Source of the DNA: an uncultured Candidatus Peribacteria bacterium
GTDB lineage: Bacteria > Patescibacteriota > Gracilibacteria > Peribacterales > Peribacteraceae
Length of the DNA: 64,000 bases
Direction: 5' to 3'
NCBI GenBank assembly: GCA_964466635.1
Contig: CAYXNG010000002.1
Coordinates: forward strand, 1,832 to 65,831
The notes under the pieces were generated by a model that saw nothing but the letters and a program-made list of their open reading frames with translations, did not search any database and was not told where the DNA came from. The translations under genes and the position numbers were made by a program. Positions 55,685 through 64,000 of this stretch are shown piece by piece (position 1 is the stretch's first letter; each line of letters opens with the position of its first letter).

Positions 55685-57037
55685 TCAGATTACCTTGAAC
55701 GTGCCGCGGACCATGCCCATGGAACACATGAATGCGAGTTGCCCCGGCTCTGCCGGAGCGGTGAACTCGATGATGTTTTCGCCGGCGTGCAGGGGCTGCG
55801 AAATATTCAGCGCGGGAATCGTCATGATGCTCGTGCAGCCGAATGCGTTGGTGCCGTCGATTTTCCAGCGGACCGGTACGCCGGCGTTGATCGTTACGAC
55901 ATTCGGTTCGTAGGTGCCGTACGGCGTCACGACAATCGACACTTCCTGCACGTTCCCCTTCATTGTCGGCGCTGCGGGCTGCGCGGTTGTCGCCGGAGCG
56001 AACGGCAGATTGATGCCGGTAAGCGCAAGGCCGCTGTTGAGGTTGAAGAGCGCGAGAATCAGGACCAGCGTGCCGGAGAACCGCAGGAACATGCTGAACA
56101 TCGTTCCTTTCATCGACGACGAAAGCATGCTGATACCGAGCAGTGCCGGCAGCGTCCCCAGCGCAAACAGCAGCATGATCGTCGCGCCGGACGAGAAACT
56201 GCCCGAGGCGAGCGCGACCAGCTGCAATGATTGTGTGAATCCGCAGGGGAGGAAGAAGGTCAACGCACCCAAGGCGAACGGCGCAGCGGGGTGATCGCTG
56301 TCCGCGAGAGCCGCGATTTTCCGTGTGAATGTCTTCGGTACCCGGATCGGAAAGCGGCCTTTCGACACGATGTCCAGCATGCTCAGCGCTAGAAACAGCA
56401 TCACGACTGCGACGGCGATGTTCACGTATCCCGTCATCCGCGTGCTGAGGGTAATCGACTGGCCGAGCAATCCGATCAATCCGCCGAACACGAAGTATCC
56501 CGCCAGCCGCCCGAGGTTGAACTGCAGCAGCGGCTGGAATTTCTGCGCGGGGGTTTCGCTGCGGTGGAGTTCGTTGTGTTTCGCCGCGAGTGCCAACAGC
56601 AATCCACCCGTCACCGCCAGACAGCTGCTGGTACCGGCCACGAGGCCGATCAGAAAAATACCGCCGAGCGACAGAGCGCCGGAGGTCGATGGTGCAAGAG
56701 AGACAATGTCGAATGTCTGCAGGAGCATGTACAGCGCGAGGATGATGATCAGCGACACGCCGATCTGCAGCCACTTCCGCGTATCTCCCGGCATCGATGC
56801 ATAGACCGATCCGTCTTCCAGAAGGGTGTACCCGGCCTGTTCGATGACAGCCGCAATCTCCTGCATGTCGGGTGCGTTGCCCGCCTTTGTGACAATGCGG
56901 CCGACACCGCTCTTGTAGCTGACGTCCGCCGACTGCACGCCGGGGACGGTCTTCAGTTTTCGTTCCAGCAGCAGTTCGCAGCTGGGGCAGGTCATACCGC
57001 CGATGTTCACGCAGACGGATGTGTCAGTCTTCTTCAT
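55685..57037 (-). CDS. Three-part fusion: N-terminal HMA domain, TauE/SafE- or CcdA-like permease core, C-terminal cupredoxin-like domain
   Basis: GGMTCPSCELLLE. About 6-8 TM segments with a GTSSCLAVTGG motif. C-terminal VVTINAGVPVRWKIDG...FMCSMGMVRGTFKV. Confidence 0.75.
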   Translation of the reverse strand: MKKTDTSVCVNIGGMTCPSCELLLERKLKTVPGVQSADVSYKSGVGRIVTKAGNAPDMQEIAAVIEQAGYTLLEDGSVYASMPGDTRKWLQIGVSLIIILALYMLLQTFDIVSLAPSTSGALSLGGIFLIGLVAGTSSCLAVTGGLLLALAAKHNELHRSETPAQKFQPLLQFNLGRLAGYFVFGGLIGLLGQSITLSTRMTGYVNIAVAVVMLFLALSMLDIVSKGRFPIRVPKTFTRKIAALADSDHPAAPFALGALTFFLPCGFTQSLQLVALASGSFSSGATIMLLFALGTLPALLGISMLSSSMKGTMFSMFLRFSGTLVLILALFNLNSGLALTGINLPFAPATTAQPAAPTMKGNVQEVSIVVTPYGTYEPNVVTINAGVPVRWKIDGTNAFGCTSIMTIPALNISQPLHAGENIIEFTAPAEPGQLAFMCSMGMVRGTFKVI

Positions 57038-57090
57038 ACAAGGAGTATACGAGTGACGTACCCTTCAGCACAGGATTTTGATTTTTTAAA

Positions 57091-57485
57091 TGGTGGAGAT
57101 GCCGGGATTCGAACCCGGGTCCAACGTGTACACATGGTGTCCATACGATCATGTTCCATTCAATTCTCGCATCCGCATAAGAATGGAACCAAGAAGCGGA
57201 GCGAGTGATGACGCGGAATAGTGAACAGCCACTGCGTCACATGACTGTCACTCTCACTAATGACGTTTCATCCCGTCAGTGAGAATCGCGGGCGAAACGT
57301 GGTTCCAAAAAGGGAACCTATTAGGCGAACGTCAGAGCTGGCACGAATGCCGGGCTCTGGAAGCGAGCGCCAAGGAAATTGCGTTTTGCAATTATTGGTG
57401 CAACAAGTGGGTATCGGGAACCGTTGCCATCCCGGATCGAGACAAACGCATATGCAGAATCACGCTGTCAAAGCCTGTCATCCCC
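57091..57485 (-). ncRNA. ssrA: tmRNA (SsrA)
   Basis: Minus-strand 5' end GGGGATGACAGGCTTTGACAGCG. 3' end GGACCCGGGTTCGAATCCCGGCATCTCCACCA. The acceptor pairing includes G3:U. Internal tag frame ends in TAA TAG. Confidence 0.85.
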
Positions 57486-57692
57486 AATTTGGCACGAAAG
57501 AAAACCGGGACGGTTGTCTTTCGTGAGCTAACTTTCCGGCAAGGAGTGCCTCCACTTCGGGCAAAGCCCTCGTTCGGCACAATCCTTTTATTATTCAGCT
57601 AAACTCTGTACATAATTTGTACTCAGAGTAGAGCCAGCGATGTGAGAGACCGGATGTGGATTGTAGCAAAAGAATGCGCTCTCCGCAGAAAT

Positions 57693-57720
57693 TTGACAAT
57701 TAAATTTTACATTTTACAAT
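57693..57720 (+). promoter_or_regulatory. Sigma-70-like promoter, TTGACA-16 nt-TACAAT
   Basis: ttgaca at 57693-57698 and tacaat at 57715-57720. Confidence 0.5.
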
Positions 57721-57759
57721 AGAAGTGTTCCAATTCAGATCCTCATTAAGGAACTAGTC

Positions 57760-57900
57760 ATGATGGGATGGATGCAGATCGGCTCCTATGAATATGAGCA
57801 CAACGGATTGGAATTCACTGGATGGTACAGATGTGTCGGGGGCCGGCTGGTCAGCGGACACTGGCCACAGTGGAACAATCTCACCGGTGCGACACGGTAA
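57760..57900 (+). CDS. Candidate 46-aa Trp-rich small protein
   Basis: The ATG at 57760 is about 35 nt downstream of the promoter. It translates to MMGWMQIGSYEYEHNGLEFTGWYRCVGGRLVSGHWPQWNNLTGATR. TAA at 57898-57900, with a terminator-like hairpin 20 nt later. Too short to appear in the ORF track. Confidence 0.3.
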   Translation: MMGWMQIGSYEYEHNGLEFTGWYRCVGGRLVSGHWPQWNNLTGATR

Positions 57901-57919
57901 TGCCGGTTCGCACCAAACC

Positions 57920-57943
57920 GGGGGTGTAAGCCCCCATTTTTTT
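57920..57943 (+). terminator. Possible intrinsic terminator
   Basis: ggggg tgtaag ccccc followed by a ttttttt. The stem is only 5 bp. Confidence 0.45.
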
Positions 57944-57978
57944 GCTACACTTCCTTCGATATTTTTTCCTCCTTCTCT

Positions 57979-58371
57979 ATGTCCTCCCGTCTCAACTCCG
58001 TCATTGGCTGGATCTGCCACGGTCTGGTCGCAGCCTTTACGATCTTCAGTGGCGTCATGGAATTCATCGTTGATTTCAGTCTGCCGGAAGTAGTTGCATA
58101 CACGGACAGCCTTGGCATTACCGGCATGGAGTACTACATCGGTGCTGCAAAGCTGGTGATCGTGACGGTGTTCCTGATTCCCCGCACATCAACCGTCGGT
58201 TTCGTGTTCATGGTTGGGTACTTCGGTGGAGTGCTTGCAACGCACATCACCCACGGCATGACCGGCCTTGCTCAGAACGCGCCGATCTATCTCGTATTCA
58301 TTTTGCTCACAATTGGTGCCTGGTTCCGCAATCCGGAGCTGACTGCGCGTCTGCGCGGACAGAAGATCTAA
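57979..58371 (+). CDS. DoxX-like small membrane protein
   Basis: 130 aa with four hydrophobic segments. The N-terminus VIGWICHGLVAAFTIFSGVMEF resembles the DoxX-like family. Confidence 0.55.
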   Translation: MSSRLNSVIGWICHGLVAAFTIFSGVMEFIVDFSLPEVVAYTDSLGITGMEYYIGAAKLVIVTVFLIPRTSTVGFVFMVGYFGGVLATHITHGMTGLAQNAPIYLVFILLTIGAWFRNPELTARLRGQKI

Positions 58372-58402
58372 TAGATCAAATTTTGTATTCAAAAAGGATC
58401 GC

Positions 58403-59380
58403 ATGCCTCAGCGCAGCGGTCCTTTTATGATGGCGCTTTCACGATGCGACCATGAGCGGTATAATTCGTTCGTGTCACACCCCATCACCATCACCGCCTT
58501 CTACAAGTTTCTGCCGCTTGCGGCGGACGGTCTTGCAGCTATTCGCGCAGAGATGATTCGCTTTGGTGAAGACAACGGCATGCGCGGGTTGGTGTTGATT
58601 GCGGAAGAGGGGATTAACGGCACAGTCTGCGGCAAGCCCGAGGTGATAGGGGAGTGGAAAAATCTTCTTACGGAACAATTCGGAGAGATCGCCTTCAAAG
58701 ACAGCTACGCCGATGACCTCGTCTTCAAACGCTGGTCGGTAAAGTTGAAGCCGGAGATTGTCGGACTCAAGCGGCGCGACATGGTTCCCGACGGCAAGAA
58801 CGGACATCTGTCTCCGGCGGAGTTTCACGCGATGCTCCAGCGCGATGATGTGATTGTCGTTGATGCACGTAACTCCTATGAGTACGGCATCGGCAAATTT
58901 GCAAAAGCCGTCGACTGCGGTACTGAGCGTTTCAGTGAATTTGAAGCATTCGCAGAGCAGACAGATCTGCCCAAGGATAAACCGGTGTTGATGTACTGCA
59001 CCGGCGGCATCCGCTGTGAAAAGGCATCACTCGCGATGCAGGAGAAGGGATTCAACGAAGTGTACCAACTCGACGGTGGCATTCTCGCGTATATCGAACA
59101 GTTCCCCAACGGACTGTTTGAAGGGGAGTGCTTCGTGTTCGATAAGCGCGTCGCGGTTGACCAACATCTGCAGCCATCCGCGGTCTATGACACCTGTCCG
59201 CATTGCGGACTACCGGGAAGCGAATCAGTCCTATGCAAAGGCTGTAATACAGAACAAAAAATTTGTTCAAAATGTGCTGTAGTCGATTATCGTCACGCGT
59301 GCAGTAAACAGTGCGCCAATCGTATCAAGTACAAAGGGGTCGCTACGGCATCTGCTGTACCGGCTGGCACCTGTTGCTGA
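58403..59380 (+). CDS. trhO: Rhodanese-domain protein of the TrhO/YceA (UPF0176) family, tRNA U34 hydroxylase
   Basis: ITAFYKFLPL...LIAEEGINGTV...MYCTGGIRCEKAS and a Cys-rich C-terminal tail. True start uncertain (several Met/Val candidates). Confidence 0.8.
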   Translation: MPQRSGPFMMALSRCDHERYNSFVSHPITITAFYKFLPLAADGLAAIRAEMIRFGEDNGMRGLVLIAEEGINGTVCGKPEVIGEWKNLLTEQFGEIAFKDSYADDLVFKRWSVKLKPEIVGLKRRDMVPDGKNGHLSPAEFHAMLQRDDVIVVDARNSYEYGIGKFAKAVDCGTERFSEFEAFAEQTDLPKDKPVLMYCTGGIRCEKASLAMQEKGFNEVYQLDGGILAYIEQFPNGLFEGECFVFDKRVAVDQHLQPSAVYDTCPHCGLPGSESVLCKGCNTEQKICSKCAVVDYRHACSKQCANRIKYKGVATASAVPAGTCC

Positions 59381-59654
59381 CGCAGTCCACGCCGCTGATA
59401 GCGAGGCACGAGTACGTACATGTTGATTCGTATCCGTCGACCATCTCTTTCATCCGATCAACTTCGCTGCTGTTGACGAAGATGTAACAGTCGAACGGAC
59501 ACTTGCCGCCGACGTCGATACAGTCTGCGGGGGTCTCGCAGTAATTCGCTTCAGCAATCTGCTGTTTGATGTACGCCTCGCTTCCAGGTGATGCAGAGCA
59601 TCCGGCAAGAACCAACAGAGCGAGAACGATGATGGGGAGAGTAATGCGCATCAT
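59343..59654 (-). CDS. Small Cys-rich lipoprotein
   Basis: MMRITLPIIVLALLVLAGC lipobox and 8 further Cys. Its 3' end overlaps the trhO 3' end (convergent). Confidence 0.55.
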   Translation of the reverse strand: MMRITLPIIVLALLVLAGCSASPGSEAYIKQQIAEANYCETPADCIDVGGKCPFDCYIFVNSSEVDRMKEMVDGYESTCTYSCLAISGVDCVSNRCQPVQQMP

Positions 59655-59771
59655 GAAAGAGTATACGACTGATAGGACGATCGGTAACGCAGATTCTTAC
59701 TGCTTAAAAATGGTCAAAAAGATCGCATCCTCTTTATTGCTGTTCTTAGGCCTTATGGAGATAATGTCTAC

Positions 59772-61535
59772 ATGTCGCTCACTATTCCCTCCTTCGACGA
59801 TCTCCGTGATTCCAATGAAAAAGCACTTCAGCGTGCAGGGCACAGCTGGGATGCAGAATCGATCCCGAAGGAAAAAATCGATCGGCTGACGACCTTGCTC
59901 GATGAACGCGCAGAGATAGAAGATCTTGCCTCTACGCAATCACAGCGGGAAGAGTATGGCATCGACCGATGGCATCGGGACTTCGTGCGCTTGCGCGATA
60001 TTGCAGATGCAGAACAGCGTGAACGACTATGGGGGGCGATTCCCGACTGCAAGTTCCGCCGATTTCAGGAATCATTCTCGCACCCTCATCAATTCATTGT
60101 TCCGGCGTTTGTTGAGGACGCTGCTGGAATTCATTTTCCACATATCGATTTCCATTCGTTGAGTGTGCATGGATGTCTGGTCAGTGCTGATTTAATTTCC
60201 GGTGCGTTGTCCGAGTCGCTGGAACTTGCGGATGATACCGACACCGAAGGGCAGCCAATTGAGCGTCTTAGACGGCGTCAGCTTGATGCGGCATTGAAGC
60301 TCAAAAAAATATGGGATGAGACGACTCCACTACAGCGTGCAAACCGGCGTATTCTTGTCGTGGGGGAGTCACCATCGGACGGACTGGATTTCGAGTATGC
60401 GGGAGTGACACGCACGCCGTCCGCTCTTGAAGGATCGGTCATTCTGACACGTGAAAGACAGAGTGGCGATCGAAATATTTTCCGTTCCCGTATTGTCCAG
60501 GTATTCGATTCGTCTTTTGCAGCAGACCGTAAGACGGGACATGAAGACGATAACTACAGTCAGGAAATGTCGCTGTTGGTAGGGCTGGAATCCCAATTTA
60601 TCAGTTTCAATCGCAGGTTGAATCAGGAATGGCGTGACGCATCCGATCGAGATGCGCTTCGCAGCGAGGCGCAAGCATTGCTATCGGATGGTGCTGTAGC
60701 ACTCGCGACATGTGAGAATAAGTTTAAGGTCGAGGCGCAGCAATTACTGGAAGCAGCTTCATCGTTGAAAGATCGTCGCGGTCGAGAAAATATCACGGTG
60801 GTGATGACGCGTATGGTGGCGGTCATTCAACGGTTGCAATCGCGCCAGACGGAAATGATTGGAAAAGGAACATATAATCAAGCTGATGCGATGGCGATTG
60901 AACGCGCAAATGAACGCGATCGCTCGACGATCATGACGTTTCGAAAGAGTGTCCTGCAGGCGCCAGCAAAACTAGAAGTATTTGATCAACTGTTTAGCGA
61001 TCGTCCTCTATCGCCTACTGCACACGATGCTGCGGTACAGGGGCTTCTCCGTATGATGCGTCTCGATATGCCTGCGCTGAGTAACGTGCTATTGAAACCC
61101 AACCGCCAGTATGCACAATTGATGTTGGCGCAAGATGTTCACCTGCAGCGTGCATTACACGAGCGCAATCGCGATATGGCGGATGATGCCCTTGTTCGCA
61201 TGCACATCATCGGAAAATTCCAGGAGATCGAACTGCGCTTCCAACACATTCTGCAGGAGATCATGAATCCGCGTGTCGCGATTGAACATCTGATTCAGGA
61301 AGTTGCCGAACTCCGTCAGCAATTTACGGAATATCAACTGTTGCCGCAGCACATCGTCCAGGAATACGTCGCACCCGTCGCCGAGATGAACGTCGTTCTT
61401 GGGCGGATTGAGGGGGGATTGAAGCGCTATGCAAGCCAGAAGCTCGATACAGCCGAACGTGCGGTGATGTACGGCCGCCTTGGTGCATATCTCAAAACGG
61501 TCAACGTACTCACGTTCGCAGGGAGTGCCGCATAA
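59772..61535 (+). CDS. Large hypothetical cytoplasmic, mostly helical protein
   Basis: 587-aa ORF with no motif I recognise. Confidence 0.5.
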   Translation: MSLTIPSFDDLRDSNEKALQRAGHSWDAESIPKEKIDRLTTLLDERAEIEDLASTQSQREEYGIDRWHRDFVRLRDIADAEQRERLWGAIPDCKFRRFQESFSHPHQFIVPAFVEDAAGIHFPHIDFHSLSVHGCLVSADLISGALSESLELADDTDTEGQPIERLRRRQLDAALKLKKIWDETTPLQRANRRILVVGESPSDGLDFEYAGVTRTPSALEGSVILTRERQSGDRNIFRSRIVQVFDSSFAADRKTGHEDDNYSQEMSLLVGLESQFISFNRRLNQEWRDASDRDALRSEAQALLSDGAVALATCENKFKVEAQQLLEAASSLKDRRGRENITVVMTRMVAVIQRLQSRQTEMIGKGTYNQADAMAIERANERDRSTIMTFRKSVLQAPAKLEVFDQLFSDRPLSPTAHDAAVQGLLRMMRLDMPALSNVLLKPNRQYAQLMLAQDVHLQRALHERNRDMADDALVRMHIIGKFQEIELRFQHILQEIMNPRVAIEHLIQEVAELRQQFTEYQLLPQHIVQEYVAPVAEMNVVLGRIEGGLKRYASQKLDTAERAVMYGRLGAYLKTVNVLTFAGSAA

Positions 61536-61580
61536 TCCGCCGGAGTATGGAGGTATGACAAAGGTTATGGAAGGAGTACG

Positions 61581-62072
61581 ATGAGTTCCATGCAGCGCTT
61601 TTTCACGGGATTCTTTCTGGGAACGATTGCGGGTGTGCTTTACGGCGTGGCTGCATATCTGTTCATCCGCAACGTCTGTACCGACCCCGACGCAGTCGAT
61701 GGTATCTGCAGATTCGTCACCCGATGGCCGGTTTATCAGTCGTATCCGCTTCTGAATCTCGACAGTTTTCTTATCAAGCAGCCGCTTCTCGGTATCCCCT
61801 CTTTTGCCACCATCGATGCCTGGGGATTTTTAATCCGGTTAGAGATGATCAATACGGCGCTTTGGATTGCAGTGATGGGCGGTGTTTTGGCAATGATGAA
61901 ACAGGAGTGGCGCGCACGGAAGATCGTCGGCATGTCGATTGTCGCGTTTCTTGCACTTAGTTTTATTCTGCATGTCGCATCGCTGTCCGGTTGCGCAGGC
62001 ATAAAATTCTTCTTCGGGGAGGAAATCCAGTTCTTCGCCTGCGATCCGCCAGCAGCGGGGTGGAGGTGGTAA
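61581..62072 (+). CDS. Hypothetical membrane protein
   Basis: 163 aa with four hydrophobic segments. Confidence 0.5.
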   Translation: MSSMQRFFTGFFLGTIAGVLYGVAAYLFIRNVCTDPDAVDGICRFVTRWPVYQSYPLLNLDSFLIKQPLLGIPSFATIDAWGFLIRLEMINTALWIAVMGGVLAMMKQEWRARKIVGMSIVAFLALSFILHVASLSGCAGIKFFFGEEIQFFACDPPAAGWRW

Positions 62073-62098
62073 AAAAGATATCCAGTATATCTTCTGTA

Positions 62099-63355
62099 TT
62101 AAGGACACGGACCTCCGAAAAACTCCCACGATTGCCCTTCGACAATAACTGTATCAGGCAAATTCGGACCAAAGCAGTAATCGCCGGCACCGATTGCTCC
62201 GTCATTAGAAATTAGTTCACACTGGTTGGTGTCACAAAATCCTCCGAAATTCATGGTCCAAGGTGTGCCGTGATCCAGCCCTCCAATGTTTTCCCATGAT
62301 TCCCTGTTTCCAACAAAATGATCCGTAAATTCATAGCATGATCCTCCGTCAACAATGACATGGAATGCAAAGGGAGGAGAGGGATCGCCACAGGAGAAGC
62401 CACTGGTAGAGGAGGCGGCAAGCGATGATATCGAAGACGATGAAGGACATTCATACAGCAGGGGAATATTCGTACAGTCGGTCGTCACTATGACATCGGC
62501 CCACGTCATGTCTCCATAGTCTGATGCATCAAGACGCAGCGTGTGCGTCCCTGCACTGACCGCAACAACGACCGGCGTGAAAGATGTCTCGCAGAATCCG
62601 GATTCAATCGTTTCCTGCAGATCATCGTCCAGATAGACGGACAAATCGTTGTCTACACCGCCTGAAACTGTAATGGAGCAGGAAGAGGGGACGGTGAAGG
62701 TAAGAGACTCACTGTATTCCCCATTCACCGGGAAGAGATCACAACGCTCATCTGCCGTGAAGCCGCACATTGCTATATTGCCGCACTGCAGCGGACCCAG
62801 ACGCATGATGTGTGGATTGCTCATGCATCCTGCAGATGTCGATGATGATGCACCGCCGCCTCCTGTGCTACCAGACGTACTGCCAGCATCTTCATCCAGT
62901 GCAGTCGTCTGTCCGCAGAATTCATCGTAGTTCAGTGATACAGCGAACTGCCGTTGATATGGTGTTTTGTAGACACCGAATCCGGTTGTTGTCGCGCCCG
63001 TCTCGGTCACATCGACAGGGAGCTCTGCGATATAGTCCGGTACAAGTATGTCCAGGTTGATGCACGTTGAGTCATCTTCAACGCCAGTCCGGCAAATTTC
63101 TTTCGCGTTCTCCGATCCAACCGGTACGTCGTTCCCGCCCGGCATCTCCCATTCGCCGATCATGTACTGCTGCATCGCTTTGGTCAGTTGATCGACGATC
63201 GCCAAACGCTTCGCATTCTGCGCTTCGCACAATTGTTTCCGCGGATTGATGGCGACGATGACGATTGACGCAAGAATGCCGACGATACCTGTTACGACAA
63301 GAAGCTCTATGAGGGTGAAGCCTTCCAGCCACTTCTGGTGTTTTTTTATCGGCAT
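62099..63355 (-). CDS. Type IV pilin-like protein with a large Cys-rich C-terminal domain
   Basis: Prepilin leader and cleavage/methylation motif KWLEG/FTLIELLVVTGIVGILASIVIVAINP (Glu at +5). Confidence 0.75.
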   Translation of the reverse strand: MPIKKHQKWLEGFTLIELLVVTGIVGILASIVIVAINPRKQLCEAQNAKRLAIVDQLTKAMQQYMIGEWEMPGGNDVPVGSENAKEICRTGVEDDSTCINLDILVPDYIAELPVDVTETGATTTGFGVYKTPYQRQFAVSLNYDEFCGQTTALDEDAGSTSGSTGGGGASSSTSAGCMSNPHIMRLGPLQCGNIAMCGFTADERCDLFPVNGEYSESLTFTVPSSCSITVSGGVDNDLSVYLDDDLQETIESGFCETSFTPVVVAVSAGTHTLRLDASDYGDMTWADVIVTTDCTNIPLLYECPSSSSISSLAASSTSGFSCGDPSPPFAFHVIVDGGSCYEFTDHFVGNRESWENIGGLDHGTPWTMNFGGFCDTNQCELISNDGAIGAGDYCFGPNLPDTVIVEGQSWEFFGGPCP

Positions 63356-63789
63356 GCTTCAAGATGATCGGATCGCACAAGATCTAGACCCCCCTGTAAG
63401 CGGAAGATGCTGTAGCCGGATAAGTTCGGATTTGTTTCCAGGGGGTCCTTCGGAATTTCTAGAATGTATTCAGTCGTGAGCATATCCAAGTTGACGCAAC
63501 CGGCGTCCGTCACGCCCTGTGCGCAAATGGCTACGGCGTTCTGTTCTCCCATCGGCATAGATGCCACAGCTGGACGGCGTGCACGGATCTGGTACTGATT
63601 CACCGCGTTACCAAGCTCGCGTACCGTGATATGGCGCTTCGCGTTCGACGTTTCACATAGATGCTTTTGCGGATTGATTGCGACAATGACGATTGTCCCG
63701 ATGATGCCGATGACGCCGAAGACAACGAGGAGTTCTATAAACATGAATCCTCCACGATTCCGCGCCGGTGGATGAACCTGCGTGTTCAT
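63346..63789 (-). CDS. Type IV pilin-like protein
   Basis: RNRGG/FMFIELLVVFGVIGIIGTIVIVAINP, with a short globular head. Confidence 0.8.
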   Translation of the reverse strand: MNTQVHPPARNRGGFMFIELLVVFGVIGIIGTIVIVAINPQKHLCETSNAKRHITVRELGNAVNQYQIRARRPAVASMPMGEQNAVAICAQGVTDAGCVNLDMLTTEYILEIPKDPLETNPNLSGYSIFRLQGGLDLVRSDHLEACR

Positions 63790-63804
63790 AAAATCAGCGA
63801 AGAA

Positions 63805-63990
63805 TTACTGGCCGACGTATACCAGAATCCAGAAGGAGAAGGATAAAATAAGCGTCAGAATCACTTTCTTGTCCTGGCCGCGGGCAATTGTCTGGCCTGC
63901 TAGCAGCACGGACGGCACAAGTAATGCGAGAGGAACAACAATGCGCGTCAGAAAATCTCCGGCGTAGTTAAAGCGCAAAATCAGCAGCAT
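63805..63990 (-). CDS. C-terminal fragment of a membrane protein (probably continues beyond the window)
   Basis: Hydrophobic 61-aa ORF at the window edge. Identity unknown. Confidence 0.3.
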   Translation of the reverse strand: MLLILRFNYAGDFLTRIVVPLALLVPSVLLAGQTIARGQDKKVILTLILSFSFWILVYVGQ

Positions 63991-64000
63991 GAATGCAAGC

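Noticed and set aside
55671-56774. 367-aa minus-strand ORF in an alternative frame
   Set aside because: It overlaps the HMA-permease-cupredoxin CDS in another frame. It is Arg/Ala-rich and of low complexity, with no TM pattern.
57754-58093. ORFs 57754-58020 (minus) and 57788-58093 (plus)
   Set aside because: They overlap the promoter/leader and the DoxX-like gene. They are Pro/Gly/Ser-rich and have no support beyond length.
1-64000. rRNA genes or CRISPR arrays anywhere in the window
   Set aside because: I recognised no rRNA-like conserved stretches and no regularly spaced short repeats while reading either strand.

Overview
Moderately GC-rich bacterial chromosome segment. The core genes are pilin-like proteins with type IV prepilin leaders, SLH-anchored surface proteins, a short AlaRS, tmRNA, an ECF sigma pair, a copper-resistance operon and two orphan histidine kinases. 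Most starts lack Shine-Dalgarno motifs. This gene content fits an uncultivated, possibly CPR/Peregrinibacteria-like lineage, but that is inference only. The main feature is a visibly AT-richer composite genomic island of about 14 kb (about 22.9-36.95 kb). It abuts the 3' end of a minus-strand tRNA-Asn and ends in a large serine recombinase whose CDS runs into the tRNA. A 29-bp exact direct repeat and degenerate copies resembling the tRNA 3' end split the island into modules. Module A (about 22.9-30.4 kb) holds a HIT protein, a P-loop kinase, an NTP-transferase, a C26 amidotransferase-like hydrolase and a PEP-utilising/ATP-grasp enzyme. This set matches the Campylobacter Cj1415-Cj1418 phosphoramidate-donor pathway as I recall it, and a histidine phosphatase, an HD hydrolase and a sulfotransferase-fold protein sit beside it. 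Module B (about 30.6-33.9 kb) is an S8 subtilase plus AAA+ ATPase pair resembling the IetAS type of anti-phage system, followed by small ORFs and an unexplained GC-rich structured element. I found no CRISPR array and no rRNA. All domain calls come from reading motifs in the supplied translations; no searches were run.
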